Positions 1 through 9,493 of a DNA stretch of 64,000 nt are shown here, piece after piece; the first letter of the stretch is position 1, and each line of letters opens with the position of its first letter. The notes below the pieces were generated by a model that worked only from the letters and a program-made list of their open reading frames with translations, was not told where the DNA came from and ran no database searches. The translations under genes were made by a program, and so were the position numbers. The stretch covers positions 1 to 64,000 of the IMG/VR virus record IMGVR_UViG_3300010327_000802; one strand, 5' to 3'. Source of the DNA: a virus (Duplodnaviria > Caudoviricetes).

Positions 1-518
1 CGTAAACCCCAAATATACCTTATATAATTGTATGCTCCTAAAGAAACATCAGATTTTTCAGAAGATAGGTTATAATTAAAACTTGTTGGACCGTGTGGAA
101 ATTTAAATATGTTTTTATTAAAGGCAGTGGATAAAAACTCATCTTCCTTTAATATAGTATAGTAGTATTCTTCTACTAAGGATACTACTAAACTTTCAAA
201 AGATAAAAGTCCCTCTGGAAAATACTCAAGTGTTATATTTTTTAAACTTTTTAATTCTTCATCTATTACTGCCTCTAAAGCATCAGTGGCAACACTCTTT
301 ATGATAGTCTCAGAACAACCCTTTAGGGTATTGAATACCTTTTCTTTTTCTTCTTCATCAGAAGTTGAAGTGATAAAAAACTTAACTAAATCCTCAAGAC
401 TCAGTATAACAAATGAATCTATAATTCGTGAAAAAAATGGACTTAAAGCTAATTCTTTTGTCGGAGGTAAAAGCTCCTTAACGGTTCTTTCTACTCTATT
501 TATGTCATCTATAATCAC
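1..518 (-). CDS. Hypothetical tail-module protein, partial (runs off the left edge)
   Basis: Read manually: GTG at 518 overlaps the TGA of the upstream frame (GTGA); frame MIIDDINRVERTVKELL... stays open to the window edge; follows the tail assembly chaperone. Confidence 0.7.
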   Translation of the reverse strand, partial: MIIDDINRVERTVKELLPPTKELALSPFFSRIIDSFVILSLEDLVKFFITSTSDEEEKEKVFNTLKGCSETIIKSVATDALEAVIDEELKSLKNITLEYFPEGLLSFESLVVSLVEEYYYTILKEDEFLSTAFNKNIFKFPHGPTSFNYNLSSEKSDVSLGAYNYIRYIWGL

Positions 519-1284
519 TTAATCTTTTCCTCTAGTCTAAATAACGAAGACACTTTAGCCATTTCTACTCGCTTTAATATAGCATTTTGTGGAATGGTAT
601 TACTCTTAGTGGTTCCAGTAAAGAGTTCGTCTTGTGGTTGATTGCCCAGAATTTTTGAAATAAATTCAAATATCATTTTAGTCTTCTCGGCTTCCTCTTC
701 CTCATCTTTTCTTATATTTTTTAATATCCAAAGAGACGCCACTGGATTCCTTATTATTCTCCAGAATCTTTTGTCTCTGGGGTCCTTAAATCCAAGGCGG
801 ACAAATATCTTCCAGAGGTTTCGAAAAAACCCCGAGCCAACACCTCCTCTACAGAGCCAAGCTTGTCCTTCAATTTGGCTTCGAGGTTACGCATTCCCCA
901 TTCATATCCTTCGTATAAGTAATTAATTATTCTTGGACGAAGTGAAAGTAATATTGTACGTAACTGCAATTTTTGTTCTCTATTAAGAAAGTCATATGTA
1001 ACACCATGGGGGGTTTTTATTGCTATAATGGAATCAACTAGATATTCAATTTTTAATAACCTTAGCCTAGTTAAGGCATCAAAATTAGCTGTATTTTTAA
1101 AAGCTAATCTTTCTTCAAATTCAAAAAGAGCACCATATACAAAAGTATACCCACCTAAATTTATTTCCCAAGTTTCACTTCCTAAATTAAGAAGTTCTTC
1201 AAAATCTGCAATTGTTCTATCATCTATGTCTCTAAGCTCTGGGTATTCTGTAAATAAAGTATCTTGTAGATCTGGCATAAACAT
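515..1284 (-). CDS. Tail assembly chaperone, -1 frameshift fusion product (GT-like)
   Basis: The -1 frame from the slippery site at 823-832 is open (FRNLWKIFVRLGFKDPRDKRFWRIIRNPV) and continuous with ORF 515..742 (ASLWILKNIRKDEEEEAEK...). Confidence 0.8.
754..1284 (-). CDS. Tail assembly chaperone (short, G-like product)
   Basis: AGGAGG RBS; lies directly after the tail tube gene; slippery site near the 3' end. Confidence 0.7.
   Translation of the reverse strand: MFMPDLQDTLFTEYPELRDIDDRTIADFEELLNLGSETWEINLGGYTFVYGALFEFEERLAFKNTANFDALTRLRLLKIEYLVDSIIAIKTPHGVTYDFLNREQKLQLRTILLSLRPRIINYLYEGYEWGMRNLEAKLKDKLGSVEEVLARGFFETSGRYLSALDLRTPETKDSGE
823..832 (-). promoter_or_regulatory. Programmed -1 ribosomal frameshift site
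   Basis: Minus strand CGG GGT TTT TTC holds two in-frame X XXY YYZ heptamers: G GGT TTT (832-826) and T TTT TTC (829-823). Confidence 0.8.
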
Positions 1285-1339
1285 CTACCTCCTTAGCTCT
1301 ATTATTAGAGCTTATTTTTTTATGAAGATTTATGGATAG

Positions 1340-1361
1340 TACCCCAATTTTAACTGGGGTA
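1340..1361. other. Intergenic stem-loop between tube and chaperone genes
   Basis: tacccca/tggggta 7-bp inverted repeat; function unknown. Confidence 0.45.
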
Positions 1362-1402
1362 GAACCCTTCAACTTATAATATACTTTTTAGCTATAAATA
1401 GT

Positions 1403-2005
1403 TTATTGTTGCCAACAGTTTCCGTCTATAGTTTCCATTGACCAAGCGGAAACTGTAACTTCTACTCTTTCGGCAACTACATAGTTAGTTGTATTATAGG
1501 TTCCAGACCAGCTTCTAATCAAACAGTCTTTGTATATTCTTCTTATAATCTTTTGTCCAATAGTAGGATTATCACAGATTTCTTCCCAAATATCAAATGG
1601 AATATGCTGCCTATTTAAAATAGTAAATATTTGTTGAGCGGAAAGTGGACCTGCTGGAACATTTTCTCCAATGAGCCTATCTATTAAATTCCCAGTTCTT
1701 GGTACATAAGTATCCTGTTGAGCTGTAGGGTCAAGATAATAAAGGGTAAACCCTTCAACAGTTAAATCAATATCTTCAGGTCCATAAGTTAATTCTATTA
1801 CTTGTCCAGCTGTAGTAGCAGATAAATGCCTTCTCCTATCAACAGTCCTTCTAGCACTAGGAGCTATCGAAGTGATATACCCTATTTCATTCCCGCTTTC
1901 ATCAATTATTCTTATAGCAATTAATGGGTTTAGAATGCGGGCTTTTCTATGAGAGCCCATTCTATGATTATAATCTACATAATCAAAAATATTCTTTGGT
2001 GCCAT
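1403..2005 (-). CDS. Tail tube protein
   Basis: 200 aa, immediately after the sheath gene; beta-rich with a C-terminal DCLIRSWSGTYNTTNYVVAERVEV segment typical of contractile-tail tubes. Confidence 0.7.
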   Translation of the reverse strand: MAPKNIFDYVDYNHRMGSHRKARILNPLIAIRIIDESGNEIGYITSIAPSARRTVDRRRHLSATTAGQVIELTYGPEDIDLTVEGFTLYYLDPTAQQDTYVPRTGNLIDRLIGENVPAGPLSAQQIFTILNRQHIPFDIWEEICDNPTIGQKIIRRIYKDCLIRSWSGTYNTTNYVVAERVEVTVSAWSMETIDGNCWQQ

Positions 2006-2016
2006 ATTTTACCTCC

Positions 2017-3933
2017 TTATATAACAAATTCATGCTCAATCCAAATCTTGTTAATTGGATAAATTGGTCTATACTTATAGTATCCGTGAAGCATTGTGGG
2101 ATCGGTTTCATCCATCCAGAATTTTAAATCGGCGAAAGCAGCGATCCAACCACGATCCATATAAGATTTTAATACATATTTTTCAAATTGTGTCTTTATT
2201 ACATTAAGATTTCTCGTAGTTGCTTTCATTCCTCTGTATTTTTTCAAGTAGTTTCTATTTTCCTTATCCATTAGATCTTCAACAACAGATATCGAAAGCT
2301 CTCCATCTTCAATAGATACAGGAAGAGCACAAGTTACACCCCTATATACGTATGGGGCTGTATTAGTGTCTTCTGCTATAATAACTGAAACACCTGCATT
2401 AGAAAGTGTTCTAAGCTCTGTAACAGAATAAACAAAATTACCTATATGCCTAAAAAGAGGTAATCCTTTTTCAGTAAGAGGAACAGAAGGATCATTTGTT
2501 GATAAGTATTGCATTATTGCCACTGTTCCTTCAATACACGGAGTTAAATCTATACTATTATAAATAAGGTTATAATTCGTTATTGTACTAGTCGGTGTCT
2601 CCCACATTGTAATAGCAACATTGTTATTATCAGGAACAAAGAAAATACTTCTTTTTCCTTTAGAAACTGTTCCTTGTAAAGTACTCAACAACTGAGCAAT
2701 AGAAGTTTTATTAAAGTCCCTTTCTCCCCCTGCAGTAATTGGTATACCATAAGAAAGCACAAGATATCTCTCTTTTTGACCTGTTATTTTATCTGATAAA
2801 GTTTCTATATCAACAAGAATAGAGCCTAGAATGTTATCTAGTGGATAAATGACAGAAAGAAAAGTAAGCTCAATATTGCTTAAGTTCTTTATTACCTCAT
2901 ATACTGATAATGCACTATAATCTTCTCTTATTCCAGCTATAACAACTTCAGGTAGTTTATAAGTATTAAGAGCAATATTCGCTAAATTACTAACAACAGA
3001 ACCGGCACCATGATCATTCACAACATCTCTATAGTTTGTATAAACTTTAGGTATTCCAATCTCACTAAAATCAGAAAAAGAACAATAAGCTTCTACTGGA
3101 GTAGTCTCATCTTTTATAGGATGTTGTTTTGCATTAATTTTCATCCACTGTGATATTATATTTGGTTTTTCCTCTGTGTCCTCCCAAATATTAACTTCAG
3201 TTCCATTAAAAGTCAAATTTAGTGTAGGGGATGCCCCTGGGTAAGTATTTCTTTCAGAATAAACACCTATAATATAATTCTGTATGTTACTAATATCATA
3301 CAAATTATAAATATCATTAGTAGATGTATTCTTTATATGTATAAGTATATACTCATAAATTCTAGAATCATACACACTTTCAACGATGATTATTGGTTCA
3401 GCTTCAGATATAGGAGTAGCCCCAGAAGAAAATATTGCTGGAAGAAAAGAATATAAATACGGAGAATCGGTATAGGGGAATTTACTTCTAATAGCTACAA
3501 CATAAACATTGATGTTTCTAGGAATAAAATCTATTCTTTCTAAGGCAATATTATCTTGTCTTAAAACAACGGGGGGAACAGTTAAAAGGGGAGCATTAGA
3601 CCAATCTAAAAATAAATTGGAAATTTCACTTACTCCTTTATAAACTATTCCTTTAGGTAAATAAGTTGTACCCTCATAAACCCTATAATGTATATCAGTT
3701 AAAAATTTATTTCCAACTGAATCTAGCGCATAATCCACAGTTCTTAAATATGTTTGGTCAGAAATAGTAACATCGGATTTGTTATTTCCTGAAAAAACTA
3801 AACTACAATTGTCCTCTACTTTTTTCCCATTAGAAAAACCTATAAAGGATAATCTTCCCCCTATAGGTACTGTAGGTGCACTTACCATTGCACCTTCGGA
3901 ACGAATACTAACTATATCTCCAGGTAAAGGCAT
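2017..3933 (-). CDS. Contractile tail sheath protein
   Basis: C-terminal sheath-like region (LSNAGVSVI...VYRGVT...ELSISVVEDLM...DETDPT...YRPIYPINKIWIEHEF); position before the tube gene. Confidence 0.85.
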   Translation of the reverse strand: MPLPGDIVSIRSEGAMVSAPTVPIGGRLSFIGFSNGKKVEDNCSLVFSGNNKSDVTISDQTYLRTVDYALDSVGNKFLTDIHYRVYEGTTYLPKGIVYKGVSEISNLFLDWSNAPLLTVPPVVLRQDNIALERIDFIPRNINVYVVAIRSKFPYTDSPYLYSFLPAIFSSGATPISEAEPIIIVESVYDSRIYEYILIHIKNTSTNDIYNLYDISNIQNYIIGVYSERNTYPGASPTLNLTFNGTEVNIWEDTEEKPNIISQWMKINAKQHPIKDETTPVEAYCSFSDFSEIGIPKVYTNYRDVVNDHGAGSVVSNLANIALNTYKLPEVVIAGIREDYSALSVYEVIKNLSNIELTFLSVIYPLDNILGSILVDIETLSDKITGQKERYLVLSYGIPITAGGERDFNKTSIAQLLSTLQGTVSKGKRSIFFVPDNNNVAITMWETPTSTITNYNLIYNSIDLTPCIEGTVAIMQYLSTNDPSVPLTEKGLPLFRHIGNFVYSVTELRTLSNAGVSVIIAEDTNTAPYVYRGVTCALPVSIEDGELSISVVEDLMDKENRNYLKKYRGMKATTRNLNVIKTQFEKYVLKSYMDRGWIAAFADLKFWMDETDPTMLHGYYKYRPIYPINKIWIEHEFVI

Positions 3934-3945
3934 TTGACCTCCTCT

Positions 3946-4419
3946 TTAAAAAATCATTCCTAAATAACCAAATAACTTTTCTGCAGCGCTAGGCAATATC
4001 CCTAATGCTAGCAAAGTAGCTAATGCCCACCACTGTATTGTTATTTGGATATTCATTCTATGTGTCATTGTTTTTAAATTTGATATTTCGTCTTTTAATT
4101 CTTTCAGTTCAGAAGATATACCGTCATTATTAATTTGTACGTCCAAATTAGACAATACTCGTGAAAGATCGTTCACTTGTTCTAACAAATTAGCCGATTG
4201 TTCCATAAATATCTTCTCCGAAAGTTCCTTTACTTTATTAAGTAATTTTTCTTCATTCAAATAAATAGTTTCAATAGCTGTACTTTTTGACTGCCTATCG
4301 AAATAAGTAATCAAGCGTTGCTCTAAATTAAGCAGGTCTTTTTTATCTGCTTTTCTTTGAACTTCTTCTTTTAACTCTTTTATTTTTTCTGATAAACTTT
4401 CATATATTGTTTCTTTCAT
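3946..4419 (-). CDS. Coiled-coil protein with C-terminal transmembrane segment (holin/XhlA-like architecture)
   Basis: Long K/E heptad region, then IQWWALATLLALGILPSAAEKLFGYLGMIF. Confidence 0.5.
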   Translation of the reverse strand: MKETIYESLSEKIKELKEEVQRKADKKDLLNLEQRLITYFDRQSKSTAIETIYLNEEKLLNKVKELSEKIFMEQSANLLEQVNDLSRVLSNLDVQINNDGISSELKELKDEISNLKTMTHRMNIQITIQWWALATLLALGILPSAAEKLFGYLGMIF

Positions 4420-5048
4420 CCTTCTTCTCCTCCACCTTCTTCTCCTATAATAACTTCTCTATAACTCTCTGTCATCGACACAATATCTCCAATTATAGAA
4501 GGCTCTGTAAGCGACTCTCCAATAGCCCATTCAGATCTAAAATCAATAGATAAAATTGTAGCATAATATTTCATTGTATTAAATTCTCCTCTAGACACTG
4601 GGCTATTATAATTTACTGTTCTAATATAGGATAAACCATAAGTGTCTAAAATTTTTATAAAATTAGTACTCATAATAATCGTAGAAAGTACAGAACGAAG
4701 ATGTTTTAAAGCATAAAAGCTAAAGTGAACTATTACAAAATTGGTTACACCTTCGTTCCACAGTAAAGCCCCTTCAGTGTAATCAGTTGAATCGGCAAAA
4801 TTAACAAAACCTACCCCCGTTGGTACCATCCTTTTAAACACAGAACCAACAATAATTGCAGGTAATATTAATTCGGCGTCCGACCACTCGGAATACAATT
4901 TTAATTTCTTCTCCATTTCAATAGTTTCCCCTGATGCAGAAGTGAATTGCCAAAACTCATTAGGTATATTACTAATACCAGATTCTAAAGCTTTTATAAA
5001 CACCCAATCAGCAAACCGTTCATCCTTTACCAATACAGAAATAGACAT
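4416..5048 (-). CDS. Putative tail terminator/completion protein
   Basis: Position between neck genes and sheath; size and beta-rich pattern. Confidence 0.5.
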   Translation of the reverse strand: MSISVLVKDERFADWVFIKALESGISNIPNEFWQFTSASGETIEMEKKLKLYSEWSDAELILPAIIVGSVFKRMVPTGVGFVNFADSTDYTEGALLWNEGVTNFVIVHFSFYALKHLRSVLSTIIMSTNFIKILDTYGLSYIRTVNYNSPVSRGEFNTMKYYATILSIDFRSEWAIGESLTEPSIIGDIVSMTESYREVIIGEEGGGEEG

Positions 5049-6226
5049 TATGCCTCCATATTCACTTCAACTGGGACATAATAGATGGGCTGGCTAGTGT
5101 CCACTAAGAATATAGTAGCTGTCTGGTGTAAAACAGCTCTTGAAATTCTTGTATAATTAACTCTACCAACTACCCACCTTGTTCCATCCGCCCTAACAAC
5201 TATGTCCCTAGATTTAACAGGTGGGAAATAGGATAGTAAAAGTTCCATAGTCCTACCGGTCCACCATTCTGCTATCTCCAATGGTTCATAAAGATAAGCC
5301 TCAGTAGGATATTGGAACTGACCTTTTAATCTATATTGAACATACCCACCTTTATATCCAGTATTATAACAAACCTTACACATTCCAGTAAGCATTTGTT
5401 TTAGAGTTTCGTCCCAACAAGCAGGACATCTCTCCCCAGCCCTTTTTCTTGATAATAAAACAAACTCTTCCCCAAAATTATCGTAATAAATAACATTATT
5501 CCTTCTAACAGTTTCTTTAATAATTCTACCAATAAGACCACCAAACTTATTACTAACATTTGGTTCTACTGACAAAAAAGAAATATCCCCTGTCATAAAA
5601 TCACTTAATGTAAAAACATTAATATCACGAAACTTAAAATTAACAGCTAAAGTTTTATTATTATTAGTTATACTAAATTTTACAGTATAATTCCCAGTTG
5701 AATCTATAATACAGCCAGCAATTTTACTATTTACTTCAGTATCTATAGGGGTTGATTCAAAAACAGTAACTCCCTCCTTTTCCAATTTAAATTTAAAAGT
5801 AAGATCAGCCGATACAGCCTCCCTAAGCTCTATAAGTAAAAAAATACCTTCTTCCTTATCGCTAACTTTGGAAAAAGAGTTGTAAAATGTTATTGTGCTT
5901 TCTGGGGGTATTTCAACTGAGAAACTATCAAAGGGATAAGAGGAGATAATAGTATCTGGGGGGATAATATTAAAAGTCTCCCCTGATACTGAAAGAACTG
6001 AGGGGGACTCGTAATACAAAGGTACTACTTTATAATGATAATTAGATACTTTCCTAAAATCAGCGTCCTCTGCGGTGTCGGAAATAACGAAAAAATTATC
6101 TGAAGTAGCTCCTAAAATATAGTATTTTTCTTCCCAAGTCATTTTTTGGTAGATAATAAATTTTCTAATTAAAGAACCACCTGGTATTTCGCTAGACCAT
6201 TCGATGTAAATTGGAGAATAATACAT
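5048..6226 (-). CDS. Putative head closure/neck protein with N-terminal FN3/Ig-like domains and a Zn finger
   Basis: RCPACW...MCKVCYNTGYKGGY Cys4 motif; C-terminal FPPVKSRDIVVRADGTRWVVGRV closure-like segment. Confidence 0.6.
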   Translation of the reverse strand: MYYSPIYIEWSSEIPGGSLIRKFIIYQKMTWEEKYYILGATSDNFFVISDTAEDADFRKVSNYHYKVVPLYYESPSVLSVSGETFNIIPPDTIISSYPFDSFSVEIPPESTITFYNSFSKVSDKEEGIFLLIELREAVSADLTFKFKLEKEGVTVFESTPIDTEVNSKIAGCIIDSTGNYTVKFSITNNNKTLAVNFKFRDINVFTLSDFMTGDISFLSVEPNVSNKFGGLIGRIIKETVRRNNVIYYDNFGEEFVLLSRKRAGERCPACWDETLKQMLTGMCKVCYNTGYKGGYVQYRLKGQFQYPTEAYLYEPLEIAEWWTGRTMELLLSYFPPVKSRDIVVRADGTRWVVGRVNYTRISRAVLHQTATIFLVDTSQPIYYVPVEVNMEA

Positions 6227-6229
6227 TTT

Positions 6230-7060
6230 TTATCCTGTAAAGAAATTATGATAGCCAAACATCATTGAAAGAGGCTTTATTACACGGAAAGGTAATTTAG
6301 TTAAAACTAGTACTCTATAAGAAGTAGTATAATAAACAAATGCTTTCTTCCATTCTCTTAAGTTTTGCCAATAAATATTTATTAATTGCTGAGCGGTTGA
6401 AGAAAGCTTATCCCCTTTATAAATTCTAACATTAACAGGAGCATTAATTTCATAATAGTTATAAATTTCAATAAGACCACGGGCGATTAGACCATATATC
6501 ATCCCCCCCATAACTACCATTGATGCACAAGGTACACTTTCTAAAGTAAAACTAACAGTTGGGGGAGGAGTAAAATTAGTATCTCCAACGGCTCTTTCAA
6601 GGTAAGATAAAAGCTCTTCATCCTCCCAGTTAAGTTCCTTTGGGTTCCAAACTAAATATCTGGAGGGAAAAAATTCCTGTGCTAACATATTATCTGCTAG
6701 ACTAATTCTAAGTTGGTCAATAAACCACTGTTTTCTTGTAACTGATCCAAATTTAACTATATTTGAAATGCTTAATTTTTCTGTAGTACCTTTCCTATAG
6801 GCTTCAAATGTAAGCTCGTAGTCCCCTGGAGTTCCGTTGAAAGTAGCAGTAGGGTCAAAAGCTACCTGAACATAACCAATATCTGGATGGTTTTCTTTTA
6901 CTGGATACATAAAATAAATATTATCTATTTGAGTAGTATCTTTTTTAATAGAAAAAGTGGCCCCCTCTACTTCAATAGGGCTACCATCTTCTTCAAATCT
7001 AGCACGCACAGTTGTATAATTATTTAAAATAAGAGACTTAGGTGAATTTAAGTATAACAT
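6230..7060 (-). CDS. Putative head-tail adaptor (Ig-like N-terminus plus helical adaptor domain)
   Basis: FIDQLRISLAD...WEDEELLSYLERAVGDTN helical adaptor-like pattern; position after the capsid genes. Confidence 0.55.
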   Translation of the reverse strand: MLYLNSPKSLILNNYTTVRARFEEDGSPIEVEGATFSIKKDTTQIDNIYFMYPVKENHPDIGYVQVAFDPTATFNGTPGDYELTFEAYRKGTTEKLSISNIVKFGSVTRKQWFIDQLRISLADNMLAQEFFPSRYLVWNPKELNWEDEELLSYLERAVGDTNFTPPPTVSFTLESVPCASMVVMGGMIYGLIARGLIEIYNYYEINAPVNVRIYKGDKLSSTAQQLINIYWQNLREWKKAFVYYTTSYRVLVLTKLPFRVIKPLSMMFGYHNFFTG

Positions 7061-7081
7061 GCCCCCCCTATACTACTATAT

Positions 7082-7126
7082 AAAAAAGACGGGTATACCT
7101 AAAAAAGATAGATATACCCGTCTTTT
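7082..7126 (-). terminator. Intrinsic terminator
   Basis: AGACGGGTATA/TATACCCGTCT stem followed by TTTTTT on the coding strand. Confidence 0.8.
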
Positions 7127-7146
7127 AGAAAGATGTTTGTTTAAAG

Positions 7147-7779
7147 TTAAATAACCTCTCCCCCTCTTGAAACTCCCTTAAAATCAGCCGAGGGGGCGGT
7201 TTCGTCATGTATCTTTTTTAGATCTTTCAATATTTTTTCCTCTTCAGGGGTCTTTCCCCGTATCGCTTCTATTGTGGTTTGTGCTGGCATAGAGTTACCT
7301 AAATCTAACATTCTTTCATAGATTGTCTTATTCTTTTTAATAATACTCATTACCTTTTCTAATTCTTCATCTGTTACATCTCCAGAAAAAGCTTTAATAC
7401 TACCTGAAACCAGAAGAGATCTAAGACCTCTAGACCCTAATAAACTTTTCTTAATTTCATCCGGAAGAGAAGATAGAGATAATATTGCTCTAGGTTGTAA
7501 TGAATACCCAGCAGCATCAGGTAGAATAATAATTTTATCAGTCATATTCACTAATATTTCTATATCCTCCGCATCAATTTCGGATTTAGCTAGTTGATTA
7601 ATTATTTCAGCGGTATCACCTTCAACAACAATCGAACCAGCTCGCTTTACTAGATCTACTATATTTGTTACTTCTTTTTTAATTTCTTCTTTTATCTGAG
7701 TCTCCTCAGCTAAGGCTTTATCTTGATTATATTTTACTTTCTTTTCCTTGTTTAAGTTTTTTTTATCTTCATTATCCAT
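7147..7779 (-). CDS. Hypothetical virion-associated protein after MCP
   Basis: AGGAGG RBS, 210 aa, charged N-terminus. Confidence 0.75.
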   Translation of the reverse strand: MDNEDKKNLNKEKKVKYNQDKALAEETQIKEEIKKEVTNIVDLVKRAGSIVVEGDTAEIINQLAKSEIDAEDIEILVNMTDKIIILPDAAGYSLQPRAILSLSSLPDEIKKSLLGSRGLRSLLVSGSIKAFSGDVTDEELEKVMSIIKKNKTIYERMLDLGNSMPAQTTIEAIRGKTPEEEKILKDLKKIHDETAPSADFKGVSRGGEVI

Positions 7780-7802
7780 AATTACCTCCTATATATTTTT
7801 TT

Positions 7803-7830
7803 GGGGGGGGAGTTAATTATCCTCCCCCCC
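7803..7830. other. G/C-run stem-loop after the MCP gene
   Basis: GGGGGGGAG/CTCCCCCCC stem; followed by an A-tract rather than a U-tract on the coding strand. Confidence 0.6.
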
Positions 7831-7845
7831 TCTGTTTAGTTTTTA

Positions 7846-8850
7846 TTATACAGCACCAATGTTAAACTTCATTTTTACTACGGATCTGGGGTTCCATAAT
7901 GAGACCCCAAGCATCTCCCAACCAACAAATCCAACCTGGAAATCGTCGAGGTTGTTTGATGCATATATTTCACTGTCTGCCCAGAAGGGCATAACCCCTA
8001 CAAATTGTGGATGGGCGGTGGCATAGGCGGACGACACATAATCTGAAGTTGATTTAACTACAGGCACTAGACGTGAAATAAACATATTTGCACCAAATAT
8101 CTGCCCAAGATAACCAGTCTGGCGGATTTCGATTCGTGCAACTTCATCTACGTTAGTATTACTCCAACTCCTAAGGTCAGCAATAGCATGTGGGTTAACC
8201 ACAATAGAATACCCAACTAAATTGTGCTTCTCTATTTGTTCGAATGCTTTAGCAACAGCAGGAAGAGTAAAGCCTGTAGTTGCATCAATTTCCGGGTTAA
8301 CTACATTAGCGGTTCCTTCAAGAGCATTAAAAACTATTAAGTCTTCTTTTATTCCAAAAGAAGTTCTTAGACGCTCCTTTGCTCTTTCTAGTACATTATA
8401 CTTACGCCATCTCATTTCTCTCAAAGGTACCTTGGCAACAACGCCAATTTCAAACGAATCTATAAAGATACGTTCTGCCTTTAGATATAGAATTCTAGTA
8501 GCACCATCCCTTGCAATAGAAATTGCAGGGAACATCTCCAAATCAAGATCGTAGTATGCAATTTCCCCTTCATTTTTCTGTTCTACAAAGAGAAGTTGAC
8601 GTCCAATTGGATAGATATCCAAATAACGCCTTACGGGCTCTTGTAAAGCTTGTGCAAGCTTTTGGAGTCCATACTGTGAGGAAAAAGCTTTCTCAAGAAG
8701 TGCTTCTCTTTTTAACTCTTCTTCCTTTGTAAGGGTTGCCTTTTTAGTCATAGTATCTTTTGAACTTTTGTCCCCATCCACAACAATTGTCTGAGGAAGA
8801 CCTGAGGGTCTCCCATTATCTGATGGATTAGATATAAATATTCTTGGCAT
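7846..8850 (-). CDS. Major capsid protein (HK97 fold, resembles Bxz1/cluster C-type MCP)
   Basis: GLQKLAQALQEPVRRYLDIYPIGRQLL...EIAYYDLD...FEIGVVAKV...IKEDLIVFNAL...GFVGWEMLGVSLWNPRSV pattern; 334 aa; follows the decoration protein. Confidence 0.9.
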   Translation of the reverse strand: MPRIFISNPSDNGRPSGLPQTIVVDGDKSSKDTMTKKATLTKEEELKREALLEKAFSSQYGLQKLAQALQEPVRRYLDIYPIGRQLLFVEQKNEGEIAYYDLDLEMFPAISIARDGATRILYLKAERIFIDSFEIGVVAKVPLREMRWRKYNVLERAKERLRTSFGIKEDLIVFNALEGTANVVNPEIDATTGFTLPAVAKAFEQIEKHNLVGYSIVVNPHAIADLRSWSNTNVDEVARIEIRQTGYLGQIFGANMFISRLVPVVKSTSDYVSSAYATAHPQFVGVMPFWADSEIYASNNLDDFQVGFVGWEMLGVSLWNPRSVVKMKFNIGAV

Positions 8851-8863
8851 ACTTTATCCCTCC

Positions 8864-9415
8864 TTACACCAAAACAGGACTAAACCAAACTACCATCATA
8901 TTAGGTGATGTCGTTGAATCAAGCGCGAGAACAACCCCATACCCAGCTGTGTCAGAAGTAGCACCTCCAGTAGTAGCAGGTTTCCATACTGCGTAGCCAA
9001 CTGAACCTACTGTAACCGTACCGGGGACTAATACCGTACCCACAGAGTAGGTTCCAGCAGCGTCAAATGGGGCAGTTTCATCATTTGGTCCTTTAAACAA
9101 AACAGCGTAGCAAGGAAAAGCCAAAATTGTTACCATTCCTTTATCCACAAAAGGCTCTGTTGGTCCTTTGTGGTTTTCCATTGCTATACCAAGAACTGTA
9201 TTTCCACTACACCCCTCTACAGTGTAATCAATTGAGTACTGCCAGTCATATGGTGTATATGGCAAATTTGTAGCCAATTCATCAATATACGAACCACTAA
9301 AACTGCCAGTACTTATTCCCATTGGTGAACCACCAACCCACAAAGTAGTGGGGCTTGAGGGAACCTTAAATTCCCCGAATTTTATTGCCCACTTTAGATC
9401 TGGTCTTATAGCCAT
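8864..9415 (-). CDS. Putative capsid decoration/cement protein
   Basis: 183 aa, Gly/Thr/Val-rich beta protein immediately upstream of MCP. Confidence 0.65.
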   Translation of the reverse strand: MAIRPDLKWAIKFGEFKVPSSPTTLWVGGSPMGISTGSFSGSYIDELATNLPYTPYDWQYSIDYTVEGCSGNTVLGIAMENHKGPTEPFVDKGMVTILAFPCYAVLFKGPNDETAPFDAAGTYSVGTVLVPGTVTVGSVGYAVWKPATTGGATSDTAGYGVVLALDSTTSPNMMVVWFSPVLV

Positions 9416-9483
9416 TTTATACCTCCTTGATTTACTTCAATGAACGGAGCATACTTTACTCCATTCTGTTTTCTTATAGCCAT
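9406..9483 (-). CDS. 25-aa mini-ORF MAIRKQNGVKYAPFIEVNQGGIKWL (missed by the ORF track)
   Basis: GGAGG RBS 4 nt before ATG; fills the gap after 9494; overlaps the start of the decoration gene. Confidence 0.6.
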   Translation of the reverse strand: MAIRKQNGVKYAPFIEVNQGGIKWL

Positions 9484-9493
9484 TTTACCTCCT

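Noticed and set aside
515-742. Independent 75-aa gene
   Set aside because: It is the -1 frame continuation of the tail assembly chaperone
7803-7830. Canonical intrinsic terminator after MCP
   Set aside because: No U-tract on the coding strand; kept only as an unexplained hairpin
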